DNA from: an uncultured Actinomycetes bacterium
GTDB lineage: Bacteria; Actinomycetota; Actinomycetes; S36-B12; CAIYMF01
Length of the DNA: 32,000 nucleotides
Reading direction: 5' to 3'
NCBI GenBank assembly: GCA_963843975.1
Contig: CAWJMG010000003.1
Location: forward strand, 1-32,000
Shown here one piece after another: positions 16,132 to 25,018 of the stretch. The translations under genes were made by a program, and so were the position numbers. Every line of letters starts with the position of its first letter. Position 1 is the stretch's first letter. The notes under the pieces were generated by a model. It did not search any database, was not told the origin of the DNA, and saw only the letters and a program-made list of their open reading frames with translations.

Positions 16132-16488
16132 ATGACGGGTGCCGCAGCGACCGAACCGTTCCCCGACGACGGTGCCACCGTGACCGTGTATGAGGACGGC
16201 CCGCTCATCCTGCGCGGCGAGGTCGCGCTGCTCTCGATGGACGGCACCGCGATCGAGCCCGGTCGTCGCACCGTAGCGCTGTGCCGCTGTGGCTACTCGG
16301 CGATCAAGCCCTTCTGCGACGGCTCGCACCGCAGGGCCCGCTTCACGGCTGCGGGAGGCGACGAGCGCCCGTCCGGGTCGTCGTCACGCCCCGACGCGCA
16401 GCTGCGCACCGCCCCAGCGGTCCAGGAGCGCCTGCCCGGCGGCGGCGTCGAGGGCAAGGCAGCAGCCGGCGCCCCACAGGACGTCTGA
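16132..16488 (+). CDS. CDGSH-type iron-sulfur domain protein
   Basis: MTGAAATEPFPDDGATVTVYEDGPLILRGEV...RTVALCRCGYSAIKPFCDGSH is the canonical CxCxxSxxxPxCDGSH cluster-binding motif. The C-terminal tail runs 105 nt into the convergent gene. Confidence 0.8.
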   Translation: MTGAAATEPFPDDGATVTVYEDGPLILRGEVALLSMDGTAIEPGRRTVALCRCGYSAIKPFCDGSHRRARFTAAGGDERPSGSSSRPDAQLRTAPAVQERLPGGGVEGKAAAGAPQDV

Positions 16489-17436
16489 GCGCATCTCCGG
16501 CTCGTCCTCGACGAGCGACCCGCACAGGTCGACCGCGGCGATCTGCTCGTGCACGGCGTCGGCCTCGACGTGCTCGTCGAAGAACGCGGTCGCGGTGGGT
16601 CCGTAGCCCAGCCGGCGCAGCCCGTTCCCGTAGTTGCGGTTCGGCTCCGTCGAAGTCATCTCGAGCGCGGCCAGGTGCCCCGCGAGCGCGCCGCGGTGCC
16701 GACGGTGCAGGCCGAACATCGAGATCGCGTTCACGCCGGCCAGCGTCTCGGCGCTGGCCTCGTCCCAGTAGCCGCCGTACGTGTCGCTCAGGTCGACGGC
16801 CCGGAGCATCTGGGCGAAGAGGGTCGAGTGCATGCGCGCGAGCGTGCCGCCGCCGTACTCGTCGGCCTGGATCTCCACCAGGGCCGCCTTCGCCCTGCCG
16901 GTGAGCCGCGGGATCCCCCAGGTGTGGGAGTCGGCCTCCCGCAGGTGGTAGACCGAGCGCTGCACCAGGAAGTCGCGGAACTGCTCGAGCGTCGCGCGGC
17001 GGGCGAGATGGCGCGACAGGGGCGGGCCGTCGTCGGCGTCGACGAGCGCGCGGAGATCGCCCCACACCGTGCCGGAGGTGCCTTCGGGGATCCGCACCTG
17101 CTCGCGCAGCACCGCCTCGAAGACCTCCTCCAGCACGGCGCGAACAGCGAGCTGTGACGGCTCCCACTCCCAGCCGTCGGAGACGCCGCCGATGCCCCGG
17201 TAGTGCAGCTCGTAGAGGCAGCCGAGCGCCAGCTGGAGATCGTCGTCCGTCAGCGGGTCGTGCATGCCTCGCACGAGCCTGCGCGCCGCGTCGGTACTCA
17301 CGCGTGCACCGCCGGTCAGCATGGTGAGGACCGAGGCGGAGAGCGGGCCGCGGGCGGCCGGGGCTGTGAGCACGGTGGTCCTCCGGGGTGCATCGACGGC
17401 TGTGCGCCCGTCCGCCGGCCAGTGGTCGGCGGCCAC
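16384..17436 (-). CDS. Iron-containing redox enzyme family protein (heme-oxygenase-like fold)
   Basis: LQLALGCLYELHYRG...QFRDFLVQRSVYHLREADSHTW...ALVEIQADEYGGG...HLAALEMTS...FFDEHVEADAVHEQ is the HO-like di-metal ligand pattern (E...ExxH repeated). The exact start is uncertain. Confidence 0.7.
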   Translation of the reverse strand: MAADHWPADGRTAVDAPRRTTVLTAPAARGPLSASVLTMLTGGARVSTDAARRLVRGMHDPLTDDDLQLALGCLYELHYRGIGGVSDGWEWEPSQLAVRAVLEEVFEAVLREQVRIPEGTSGTVWGDLRALVDADDGPPLSRHLARRATLEQFRDFLVQRSVYHLREADSHTWGIPRLTGRAKAALVEIQADEYGGGTLARMHSTLFAQMLRAVDLSDTYGGYWDEASAETLAGVNAISMFGLHRRHRGALAGHLAALEMTSTEPNRNYGNGLRRLGYGPTATAFFDEHVEADAVHEQIAAVDLCGSLVEDEPEMRSDVLWGAGCCLALDAAAGQALLDRWGGAQLRVGA

Positions 17437-17494
17437 GCGGGCCTGTTCGTCCTACCCGTGGGGAATGCCGACAAACACCGTCACGCAGCGGATG

Positions 17495-19432
17495 TCACCA
17501 GATCTCGATGCGCTCCGCCCGCGGCCGCAGCACGGGGGCGTCGTCGGTGAGGCCGAACGCCTCCTGGAACGCGTCGCTGTTGGACAGCGGCCCGTGCACG
17601 CGCGCCCGGCGCGGGCTGTGCGGGTCGACCTGCGCCAGGGTGCGGGCGAGCTCCTCGCTCACGTTGCCGCGCCACACCGCGGCGTTCGCGAGGAAGAACC
17701 GCTGGGCCGGCGTCAGTCCGTCGATGTCCGGCGACCCCGCGCTGACGCGGGCGTGGGCCCGCTGGGCGAGGGTGATGCCGCCGAGGTCCGCGATGTTCTC
17801 GCCCAGGGTGAGGCGCCCGTTGACGCGCACCTCGCCGACGGCGACGTACTCGTCGAACTGCGCGACGAGGCGCTCGGCCAGTCCCGCGAAGTGGGCCTGG
17901 TCCTCCTCGGTCCACCAGTCGCGGAACGCGCCGTCCGCGTCGAAGCGGCGGCCCTGGTCGTCGAAGCCGTGCGTCACCTCGTGGGCGATGACGGTGCCGA
18001 TGCCGCCGTAATTGACGGCGTCGTCGGCGGACGCGTCGAAGAACGGCTGCTGCAGGATGCCGGCGGGGAACACGATCTCGTTGCGCACCGGGTGGTAGTA
18101 GGCGTTGACGATGTGCGGCGGCATGTCCCACTCGGCGGTGTCGACGGCCTCGTCGAGCTTGCGCAGCTGCCGCTCGAGGTCGAAGCGCGAGGCCTCGATG
18201 CGGTTGGCGGCGTACGACGTGCGGTCGATCGCCAGGCCGTCCCACGAGCGCCACTCGTCGGGGTAGCCGATCTTCACGCCGAACGAGTCGAGCTTGGTCA
18301 GGGCCTTGGCCCGGGTCTGCTCGCTCATCCAGTCACGGGTCTGGAGCGAGTGGCGCATCTCGGCCAGGATCTCGCCGACCATCGACTCGGCCCGCTCCTT
18401 GGCGGCCTCCGAGAAGGTGGCGTGGACGAAGAGCTGGGACAGCGCCTCGCCCATGTCCGAGCCGATCGCGGCCACGACGCGCTTCCAGCGGTCCTTGGGC
18501 TCCTGCTTGCCCTCGACCCGCTTGCCGTAGAACTCGAACGCCTCGTCCTCGAACGCGGCGGGCAGGGCGCTCGCTGTCGCCTTGATCACCTGGAAGGCGG
18601 CGTACGCACGCAGCACCTCGACGTCGGCGGCGTCGACGATCGGGCGCAGCGCCTCGAGGTAGGCCGGCTCGGAGACGTTGACGACCTGCGCGCCGGTGGC
18701 GCCGATCGCGGCGACGTACGTCGGCAGGTCGAGCGCCGGCGCGAGGGCTGCGAGCTCGTCGAGGGTGCGCTTGTTGAGGGTGCGGCCGCGGTCGCGGCGC
18801 TCCTCGGCCTTGAGCTGCGGCTCGGCGAGACTCGTCTCGAGCTTGAGAACGCGGGGGGCGAGCGCGGCGGCCTCGTCGGCCGGGGTGCCGGCGTTGGTCA
18901 GCTGGGCGGCGACGTGGTCGACGTACGCCGCGCGCAGAGCCACGGCGGCCTCGCTGTCGGCGAAGTACGAGTCGCGGTCGGGGAGACCGAGGCCGCTCGG
19001 CAGGATCCACAGCAGGTAGCGGCTCGAGTCCTCGTGGTCGACCGTGGCGCCGGCGGCGTACAGCAGCGGGAGGCCCTCGCGGAGGAACGGCGCGTGCAGG
19101 TCGAGGAACGCCTGCGGCGAGTCGACCGCGGCGACGGCGTCGAGCAGGTGCAGGACCGGGCCCAGCCCCGCGGCCTCGATTGCGTCGGTGTCCATGCCCG
19201 AGGCGTAGAAGTCGCCGAGGCGGCGCTCGAGGTCGTCGTGCGGGTCGGTGCCGGCGCGCTCGAGCTCGCTGCGGAGGACGAGCTCGTTGCGGGTGAGCAC
19301 CTCCTCGAAGGAGCCCCATGCGCCGAAGCCGGCCGGGATCGGGTGGGCGTCCATCCAGCCGCCGTTGGCGAAGCGGTAGAAGTCCGTGCCCGGGTCGACC
19401 GACTGGTCGCGGTCCTCGGCGTGCAAGGTCAT
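17495..19432 (-). CDS. pepO: M13 family zinc metallopeptidase (neprilysin/PepO-like)
   Basis: NAYYHPVRNEIVFPAGILQ, zinc motif VIAHEVTHGFDDQG (HExxH), GENIADLGG, and the C-terminal PRAERIEIW. Confidence 0.92.
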   Translation of the reverse strand: MTLHAEDRDQSVDPGTDFYRFANGGWMDAHPIPAGFGAWGSFEEVLTRNELVLRSELERAGTDPHDDLERRLGDFYASGMDTDAIEAAGLGPVLHLLDAVAAVDSPQAFLDLHAPFLREGLPLLYAAGATVDHEDSSRYLLWILPSGLGLPDRDSYFADSEAAVALRAAYVDHVAAQLTNAGTPADEAAALAPRVLKLETSLAEPQLKAEERRDRGRTLNKRTLDELAALAPALDLPTYVAAIGATGAQVVNVSEPAYLEALRPIVDAADVEVLRAYAAFQVIKATASALPAAFEDEAFEFYGKRVEGKQEPKDRWKRVVAAIGSDMGEALSQLFVHATFSEAAKERAESMVGEILAEMRHSLQTRDWMSEQTRAKALTKLDSFGVKIGYPDEWRSWDGLAIDRTSYAANRIEASRFDLERQLRKLDEAVDTAEWDMPPHIVNAYYHPVRNEIVFPAGILQQPFFDASADDAVNYGGIGTVIAHEVTHGFDDQGRRFDADGAFRDWWTEEDQAHFAGLAERLVAQFDEYVAVGEVRVNGRLTLGENIADLGGITLAQRAHARVSAGSPDIDGLTPAQRFFLANAAVWRGNVSEELARTLAQVDPHSPRRARVHGPLSNSDAFQEAFGLTDDAPVLRPRAERIEIW

Positions 19433-19481
19433 GGCTGTCCCTCCGGCGCTGGCGCTGTCGGGGGGAACCTACCCGCGCCGG

Positions 19482-20342
19482 TCAGGCACCGCCGTCGCGG
19501 TCTGCTCCGTCGTCCGTGGCAGGCCTCCGCTCGGCCTCGGGCTCGGCTGCCTGGACCTCCGCGATGAGTCCGTCGGCCGGCGGGAGCATCAGGCCGCCGC
19601 GGTCGGTTCGCCACTCCTGGGCACGCAGCCCGACGATCATGGCCACGAACACCACGAGGTAGACCTGCCCGACCACGGCGAGCGTCGTGGCCGCGAGCCG
19701 GCCGGCCTCGGTGACAGCCGCGAGGTCGCCGTACCCGACGGTCGTCACTGTGACCAGCGCGAAGTACATGAACGAGGTGGAGGGCTGCTGCGAGCCGAAG
19801 AACGGCGTCGGGGACCAGTGGTCGATGGCCATGAAGACGTGGAAGAAGGCCAGGGGGATGAGCAGGTACGCGGAGATCGCGCCGAGCAGCGTCGCGGAGC
19901 TGACGCGCTCGTGCCGTAGGAGGCGTCGTACCACCACGAACGGGATGGCCATCGAGAGCAGCGCCACGGCACCGGCAGGGTTGTAGCGGTTGTCGACGAT
20001 CGTGCCGTCGGTCAACAGAGCCACGAGCGTGATGAGCGTGAGGCCGGCGAGACCGATGCACACCAGGATGTCGATGAAGCGCTGGCGCCGCGCCGCGAGG
20101 CCGCTGGCGCGAAGCGCGATCAGCAGCGTCGCAGCGACGGTGACCGATGCGGCCCACGACCCGATCTCCGCCACGGCGGACTCGCCCTCGGGGTCGGAGA
20201 TGTCGAACAGGGACAGGCCTACGATGCTGGCCGCGGTGACCGTCAGCAGGAGCCCGAACCGGTCGACGTACGGGCCGTCGTCGGTGAATGCCTGAGGCCA
20301 CAGGATCCCGCGTCGCCCACCGCTCCTGGTCCCGACCATCAC
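19482..20342 (-). CDS. Potassium channel family protein
   Basis: Multiple transmembrane segments and the selectivity filter TVTTVGYGD. The start is GTG 20342 or ATG 20339, overlapping the stop of the upstream IclR gene. Confidence 0.8.
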   Translation of the reverse strand: MMVGTRSGGRRGILWPQAFTDDGPYVDRFGLLLTVTAASIVGLSLFDISDPEGESAVAEIGSWAASVTVAATLLIALRASGLAARRQRFIDILVCIGLAGLTLITLVALLTDGTIVDNRYNPAGAVALLSMAIPFVVVRRLLRHERVSSATLLGAISAYLLIPLAFFHVFMAIDHWSPTPFFGSQQPSTSFMYFALVTVTTVGYGDLAAVTEAGRLAATTLAVVGQVYLVVFVAMIVGLRAQEWRTDRGGLMLPPADGLIAEVQAAEPEAERRPATDDGADRDGGA

Positions 20343-21061
20343 GAGCCGCCGTTGCGTCGCAGGGCCTCCGTGAGCCGCGCGGCGGCGGTGACGACGGCCT
20401 GCGCGTGAAGGCGGCCGGGTGCCCGGCCGAGACGCTCGACCGGTCCGCTCACCGACACGGCGGCGACGACGCGGCCGCCCGGGCCGCGGACGGGGGCGGA
20501 GACCGAGGCGACTCCGATCTCACGCTCGCTCACGCTCTGCGCCCAGCCCCGGCGGCGTACCCCCGCCAGCGCGGTCGCGGTGAACTTCGCGCCCATGAGG
20601 CCGCGGTGCATGCGCTCGGGCTCCTCCCAGGCGAGCAGCACCTGGGCGGCGGAGCCGGCGTGCATCGAGAGGACGGCGCCGATGGGCACGGTGTCGCGCA
20701 GGCCGGTGAGGCGCTCGGCTGCGGCGACGCAGATGCGCTGCTCGCCCTGGCGGCGGTAGAGCTGGCAGGACTCGCTGGTGGCGTCGCGCAGGGCTGTCAG
20801 CACCGGGCCCGCTGCGGCGAGGAGACGGTCCTCGCCCGCGGCCGTCGCCAGCTCGCCGAGGCGCGGGCCGAGGATGAACCGGCCCTGCAGGTCGCGGGCC
20901 ACGAGGCGGTGGTGCTCGAGCGCGGTCGCGAGGCGGTGGGCCGTCGGGCGGGCGAGGCCGGTGGCCTGCACGAGGCCCGCCAGCGTGAGCGGGCCCGCCT
21001 CGAGCGCACCGAGCACCGTTGCCGCTTTGTCGAGGACGCCGACTCCGCTAGTGTTGTCCAT
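20339..21061 (-). CDS. ltbR: IclR-family transcriptional regulator (LtbR-like, divergent from leuCD)
   Basis: [54 protein letters not shown] is an IclR winged HTH followed by an effector domain. The position divergent from leuC is conserved in Actinobacteria. Confidence 0.85.
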   Translation of the reverse strand: MDNTSGVGVLDKAATVLGALEAGPLTLAGLVQATGLARPTAHRLATALEHHRLVARDLQGRFILGPRLGELATAAGEDRLLAAAGPVLTALRDATSESCQLYRRQGEQRICVAAAERLTGLRDTVPIGAVLSMHAGSAAQVLLAWEEPERMHRGLMGAKFTATALAGVRRRGWAQSVSEREIGVASVSAPVRGPGGRVVAAVSVSGPVERLGRAPGRLHAQAVVTAAARLTEALRRNGGS

Positions 21062-21066
21062 GTGCT

Positions 21067-21086
21067 GATACTGCCGTCTCAGTATC
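21067..21086. promoter_or_regulatory. Candidate IclR/LtbR operator in the ltbR-leuC divergent region
   Basis: Perfect inverted repeat gatactg-ccgtct-cagtatc lying between the two start codons. Confidence 0.4.
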
Positions 21087-21129
21087 CGAGATGGCAAGTC
21101 ACTCGCAGCAACTCGAGAGGATGAGGCCG

Positions 21130-22530
21130 ATGGGCACCACGCTGGCTGAGAAGGTCTGGGACGCGCACGTCGTGCGCCGTGTCGAGGGCGAGCCCGACCT
21201 CCTCTACATCGATCTGCACCTCGTCCACGAGGTCACGAGCCCCCAGGCCTTCGACGGCCTGCGCGCGGCCGGCCGCCCGGTGCGCCGCCCCGACCTCACG
21301 CTCGCGACCGAGGACCACAACGTCCCGACGTTCGACATCGACAAGCCGATCGCCGACCCGATCTCGCGTGCGCAGGTCGAGGCGCTGCGCGTCAACGCCG
21401 CGGAGTTCGGCGTCCCGATCTACTCCCTCGGCAACGCCGAGCAGGGCATCGTGCACGTGGTCGGCCCGCAGCTCGGCCTCACCCAGCCGGGCATGACGGT
21501 CGTGTGCGGCGACTCCCACACCTCGACGCACGGCGCGTTCGGCGCCCTCGCGTTCGGCATCGGCACCAGCGAGGTCGAGCACGTGCTCGCCACGCAGACC
21601 CTCTCGCTCAAGCCGTTCAAGACCATGGCTATCGAGATCGACGGCACCCTCCCCGACGGCGTCACGGCGAAGGACGTCATCCTCCGCGTCATCGCCGAGA
21701 TCGGCACCGGCGGAGGCCAGGGCTACGTCCTGGAGTACCGCGGCGAGGCCATCCGCGCCCTCTCGATCGAGGCGCGCATGACCATCTGCAACATGTCGAT
21801 CGAGGCGGGCGCCCGCGCCGGTCTCATCGCCCCCGACCAGGTCACGTTCGACTACCTCGAGGGTCGCGACCGCGCGCCGCAGGGCGACGACTGGCACGCC
21901 GCGGTCGCCTACTGGCGCACCCTCGTCACCGACGACGACGCGGTGTTCGACAAGGTCGTCCGCATCGACGCCTCGACGCTCGCGCCGTTCGTCACCTGGG
22001 GCACCAACCCCGGCCAGGGCGTGCCGCTCTCGGCCACCGTGCCGTCGCCGTCCGACTTCGCGGACGAGTCCGAGCGCACGGCCGCCGAGCGCGCGCTGGA
22101 GTACATGGGCCTCACCGCCGGTACGCCGCTCAAGGACATCGCGGTCGACACGGTCTTCATCGGCTCGTGCACCAACGGCCGCATCGAGGACCTCCGCGCT
22201 GCCGCCGCCGTCTTCCGCGGCCGGCAGGTGGCCGAGGGCGTCCAGGCGCTCGTCGTCCCCGGGTCGGTCCGGGTGCGCCTCGCCGCCGAGGCCGAGGGCC
22301 TCGACAAGGTCTTCGAGGCCGCGGGTGCCGAGTGGCGCAACGCCGGCTGCTCGATGTGCCTCGCGATGAACGCCGACAAGGTGGCGCCCGGCAAGCGCAG
22401 CGCGTCGACGTCCAACCGCAACTTCGAGGGACGGCAGGGCCCCGGCTCGCGCACGCACCTCGTGTCCCCGCAGGTCGCCGCGGCCACCGCCGTGGTCGGC
22501 CGCCTCGCCTCGCCCGCCGACCTGGTCTGA
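21130..22530 (+). CDS. leuC: 3-isopropylmalate dehydratase large subunit
   Basis: [15 protein letters not shown]...[14 protein letters not shown]...[15 protein letters not shown]...[11 protein letters not shown]...CSMCLAMN. An alternative start is ATG 21121. Confidence 0.95.
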   Translation: MGTTLAEKVWDAHVVRRVEGEPDLLYIDLHLVHEVTSPQAFDGLRAAGRPVRRPDLTLATEDHNVPTFDIDKPIADPISRAQVEALRVNAAEFGVPIYSLGNAEQGIVHVVGPQLGLTQPGMTVVCGDSHTSTHGAFGALAFGIGTSEVEHVLATQTLSLKPFKTMAIEIDGTLPDGVTAKDVILRVIAEIGTGGGQGYVLEYRGEAIRALSIEARMTICNMSIEAGARAGLIAPDQVTFDYLEGRDRAPQGDDWHAAVAYWRTLVTDDDAVFDKVVRIDASTLAPFVTWGTNPGQGVPLSATVPSPSDFADESERTAAERALEYMGLTAGTPLKDIAVDTVFIGSCTNGRIEDLRAAAAVFRGRQVAEGVQALVVPGSVRVRLAAEAEGLDKVFEAAGAEWRNAGCSMCLAMNADKVAPGKRSASTSNRNFEGRQGPGSRTHLVSPQVAAATAVVGRLASPADLV

Positions 22531-22541
22531 GGAGCAGCGAC

Positions 22542-23129
22542 ATGGAGAAGTTCACCGTCCACACCGGTCGTGCCCTGCCGCTGCGCCGCAGCAACGTCGA
22601 CACCGACCAGATCATCCCGGCCGAGTACCTCAAGCGGATCACCCGCCACGGCTTCGAGGACGCCCTGTTCGCCGCCTGGCGCCAGGACCCCGACTTCGTG
22701 CTCAACGACCCGCGCTACACCGACGTCTCGGTGCTCGTCGCCGGCCCCGACTTCGGCACCGGCTCCTCGCGCGAGCACGCCGTCTGGGCGGTGCAGGACT
22801 ACGGCTTCAAGGTCGTGCTGTCGTCCCGCTACGCCGACATCTTCCGCGGCAACAGCGGCAAGATCGGCCTGCTCACCGCCGTCGTCGACCAGTCGGTCGT
22901 CGAGCAGCTCTGGGCCGCCGTCGAGGCCGACCCGTCGCTCGAGGTGACCGTCGACCTCGTCGAGCGCCAGGTGCGCGCGGGCGACCTGGTCGCGCCGTTC
23001 GAGGTGGACGACTACGTCCGCTGGCGCCTGCTCGAGGGCCTGGACGACATCGGCCTCACCCTCCAGCACGCCGACGACATCACCGCCTACGAGGCGCTGC
23101 GCCCGGCCTTCAAGCCCGCCACCGCCTGA
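22542..23129 (+). CDS. leuD: 3-isopropylmalate dehydratase small subunit
   Basis: [33 protein letters not shown]...[17 protein letters not shown]... Confidence 0.95.
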   Translation: MEKFTVHTGRALPLRRSNVDTDQIIPAEYLKRITRHGFEDALFAAWRQDPDFVLNDPRYTDVSVLVAGPDFGTGSSREHAVWAVQDYGFKVVLSSRYADIFRGNSGKIGLLTAVVDQSVVEQLWAAVEADPSLEVTVDLVERQVRAGDLVAPFEVDDYVRWRLLEGLDDIGLTLQHADDITAYEALRPAFKPATA

Positions 23130-23138
23130 CGACCTCTC

Positions 23139-23181
23139 CTCACCCCCGTCTGCCGTCCTCCGGACGAGCGGCGGGGGTGAG
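23139..23181 (+). terminator. Stem-loop after leuD
   Basis: ctcacccccg ... cgggggtgag (10-bp stem) with an inner cgtcc/ggacg pairing. There is no T tract, as is common in high-GC actinobacteria. Confidence 0.45.
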
Positions 23182-23367
23182 CCCTGCCGGCTGCGCTGAA
23201 GCCCTGAGGACCCGCCCCAGATCCGGCACCATCGCTCGCATGGCTCGTGGCGAGACACCACCCCAGAGCCTGCCCAAGACGACCTGGATGGCATCGCCGG
23301 GGCATCGATCGATGCGGCCCAGCACCTCCTCAACACGAGCGGAGAGTTCTTCCCGTTCGGGTTCGCT

Positions 23368-23628
23368 GTGTCTTCGGAGGGTGAGATGCGAATGTTGGCG
23401 GCGGATCCCGGACTGGGCGAGCACCCCGGGCCTCGGGCGGTCATCGAGTCCTTGCACTCAGGGATCGTTGGTGGTCGCGACGCCCCTCGCGCAGTGGCTG
23501 TCGTCGCGGACGTGAGGGCCGATGGGTCGGACGCAATCCGGGTCCTGTTCGAGCATCGTGATGTGGGTCCTGCGATGGAGATCCTCGTCCGGTATGCGAA
23601 GAAGCGGTTCCGAGGCGGCATCGAGTAG
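23368..23628 (+). CDS. Small hypothetical protein (86 aa as tracked); the coding-looking frame extends upstream without a start codon
   Basis: Lower-GC region. The frame is open from 23200 and reads ...DDLDGIAGASIDAAQHLLNTSGEFFPFGFAVSSEGEMRMLAADPG...AIRVLFEHRDVGPAMEILVRYAKKRFRGGIE. The first ATG/GTG/TTG in that frame is GTG 23368. Confidence 0.35.
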   Translation: MSSEGEMRMLAADPGLGEHPGPRAVIESLHSGIVGGRDAPRAVAVVADVRADGSDAIRVLFEHRDVGPAMEILVRYAKKRFRGGIE

Positions 23629-23733
23629 GGAGCCACGTCCGTCTCAGAACCGACCGGCAGGTCTGGTCCCTGGGCTGAGGGAGAACTGCCGATCTCGCTC
23701 GCAGGCCCTTTGCCCCATCGGGAGGATGCGCGG

Positions 23734-24027
23734 ATGGCGCACGACTCGACCGACCTGCTCACCGCGGCGTATTGGGACAACTTCGCCAACCCCAACCGAA
23801 GCAGCAAGGACATGGACTGGGAGCAGCTCGACCAGGTGGAGTCGGTCCTCGCGGCGGGCGGTTCTGCGGCTATCGACCTGCTTCTACGACTGATCAAAGC
23901 CGCGCCACGGGAACAGGAGGCCTGGCTCTCCTACCTGCTCACCGGCCCGATCGAAGGCCTCTGGAATCGCAGTGATCTCGGCTGGCGCGCTCTCGTGGGT
24001 GCCGGTAACGCGCCGAGGCTTCGATAG
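23734..24027 (+). CDS. Hypothetical protein (97 aa)
   Basis: ATG 23734 lies 7 nt after the RBS gggagga. Protein: MAHDSTDLLTAAYWDNFANPNRSSKDMDWEQLDQVESVLAAGGSAAIDLLLRLIKAAP... No family recognised. Confidence 0.45.
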   Translation: MAHDSTDLLTAAYWDNFANPNRSSKDMDWEQLDQVESVLAAGGSAAIDLLLRLIKAAPREQEAWLSYLLTGPIEGLWNRSDLGWRALVGAGNAPRLR

Positions 24028-24053
24028 CGCTCGGGCATTGCCGATCTGGAGGG

Positions 24054-24518
24054 CTAGTCGCGCACGTTGGCGACCAAGGCGTCGATCAGCCTCTCGACCC
24101 CGGCCGGATAGAGCGGAATCGTGGCGCCGTGCGTCGCGATTGAGCGCCACTCGACCCAGATCGCAGCACCGTTGTCGCTGAGCCAGCCACCTCCGTCGGG
24201 CACGGGTTCGGGCGGGCACAAGGAGCCCGAGTAGACGAACACGATCTCGTGGCCGGGCTGGTCTTCGTAGACGAACCGGTTCTCCAAGACACCGAGACGC
24301 CGAGGGTCCTGGAGCTCGGCCGCCGTCTCCTCGAGAATCTCTCGACGTACCGCGTCCAGTGCGGCTTCGCCGAACTCGACGTGGCCACCGAGCAGCCGGT
24401 GGAAGTCTGTGGGCGTCGTCGTCGCGTCGCTTCCGCGCTGGACCAGATGGGCGTCCCGCGCCTGATTGAGCAGCACAGCGAAGGCCTTCACCGTGATCTG
24501 AAGCCCGTCCATAGCCAT
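24054..24518 (-). CDS. NUDIX hydrolase
   Basis: Nudix box GGHVEFGEAALDAVRREILEETAAEL (GX5EX7REUXEEXGU). Confidence 0.85.
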   Translation of the reverse strand: MAMDGLQITVKAFAVLLNQARDAHLVQRGSDATTTPTDFHRLLGGHVEFGEAALDAVRREILEETAAELQDPRRLGVLENRFVYEDQPGHEIVFVYSGSLCPPEPVPDGGGWLSDNGAAIWVEWRSIATHGATIPLYPAGVERLIDALVANVRD

Positions 24519-24607
24519 CAAGATAGGCGCCAGGTTCCTGAACCGGGTGCACGCAGACGCGCCGAAACGGCTCGTTCTCGTGCCGCTGCAGGCAGCAGGA
24601 TGCGCGG

Positions 24608-24934
24608 GTGCGGGGGTTGAAGCGGGCGCGGACAGAGGCTGACGGGCAGCCGACGGAGGCGGGGCGCTGGGGCTACCTGATCGGGTCAGCCGCCACCGAC
24701 GAGGAGCGCCTCGCGTTCGAGCGGCACTGCGCGTTGGGGACGGCCGACCGCATCACGGAGTCACGCCTCCGGCATCTCTTGCGCTGCTCCGACCTGACGG
24801 CCGTCGCCGACGAGCAGGGGCGGGCGATCCTCGCGTCTCTGCCGAGCAAGAAGCCACGTCACCGACGCGAGGCTCTCGGTGCAGGCGTCGCGCGATGGTT
24901 CGCCGGGCTCCGGGCCGCGCGTCGGCACGGCTGA
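24608..24934 (+). CDS. Hypothetical protein (108 aa)
   Basis: GTG start and strong GC3 bias along the frame. No family recognised. Confidence 0.4.
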   Translation: MRGLKRARTEADGQPTEAGRWGYLIGSAATDEERLAFERHCALGTADRITESRLRHLLRCSDLTAVADEQGRAILASLPSKKPRHRREALGAGVARWFAGLRAARRHG

Positions 24935-25018
24935 GCGCCAGGGAACTGGATCCCCATCGTGGTCTGCTGCAACGGTGGTGCCGTCGGGTGACGGGTGGTG
25001 CGCCCTGACGCGATGCGG

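Noticed and set aside
17264-19567. 767-aa plus-strand ORF opposite the M13 peptidase
   Set aside because: It is the antisense shadow of a gene with unambiguous HExxH/M13 motifs on the minus strand, and it has no motifs of its own.
21079-23897. 459-aa and 662-aa minus-strand ORFs across leuC, leuD and the downstream region
   Set aside because: They are antisense to clearly identified leuC and leuD, and their composition is low-complexity.
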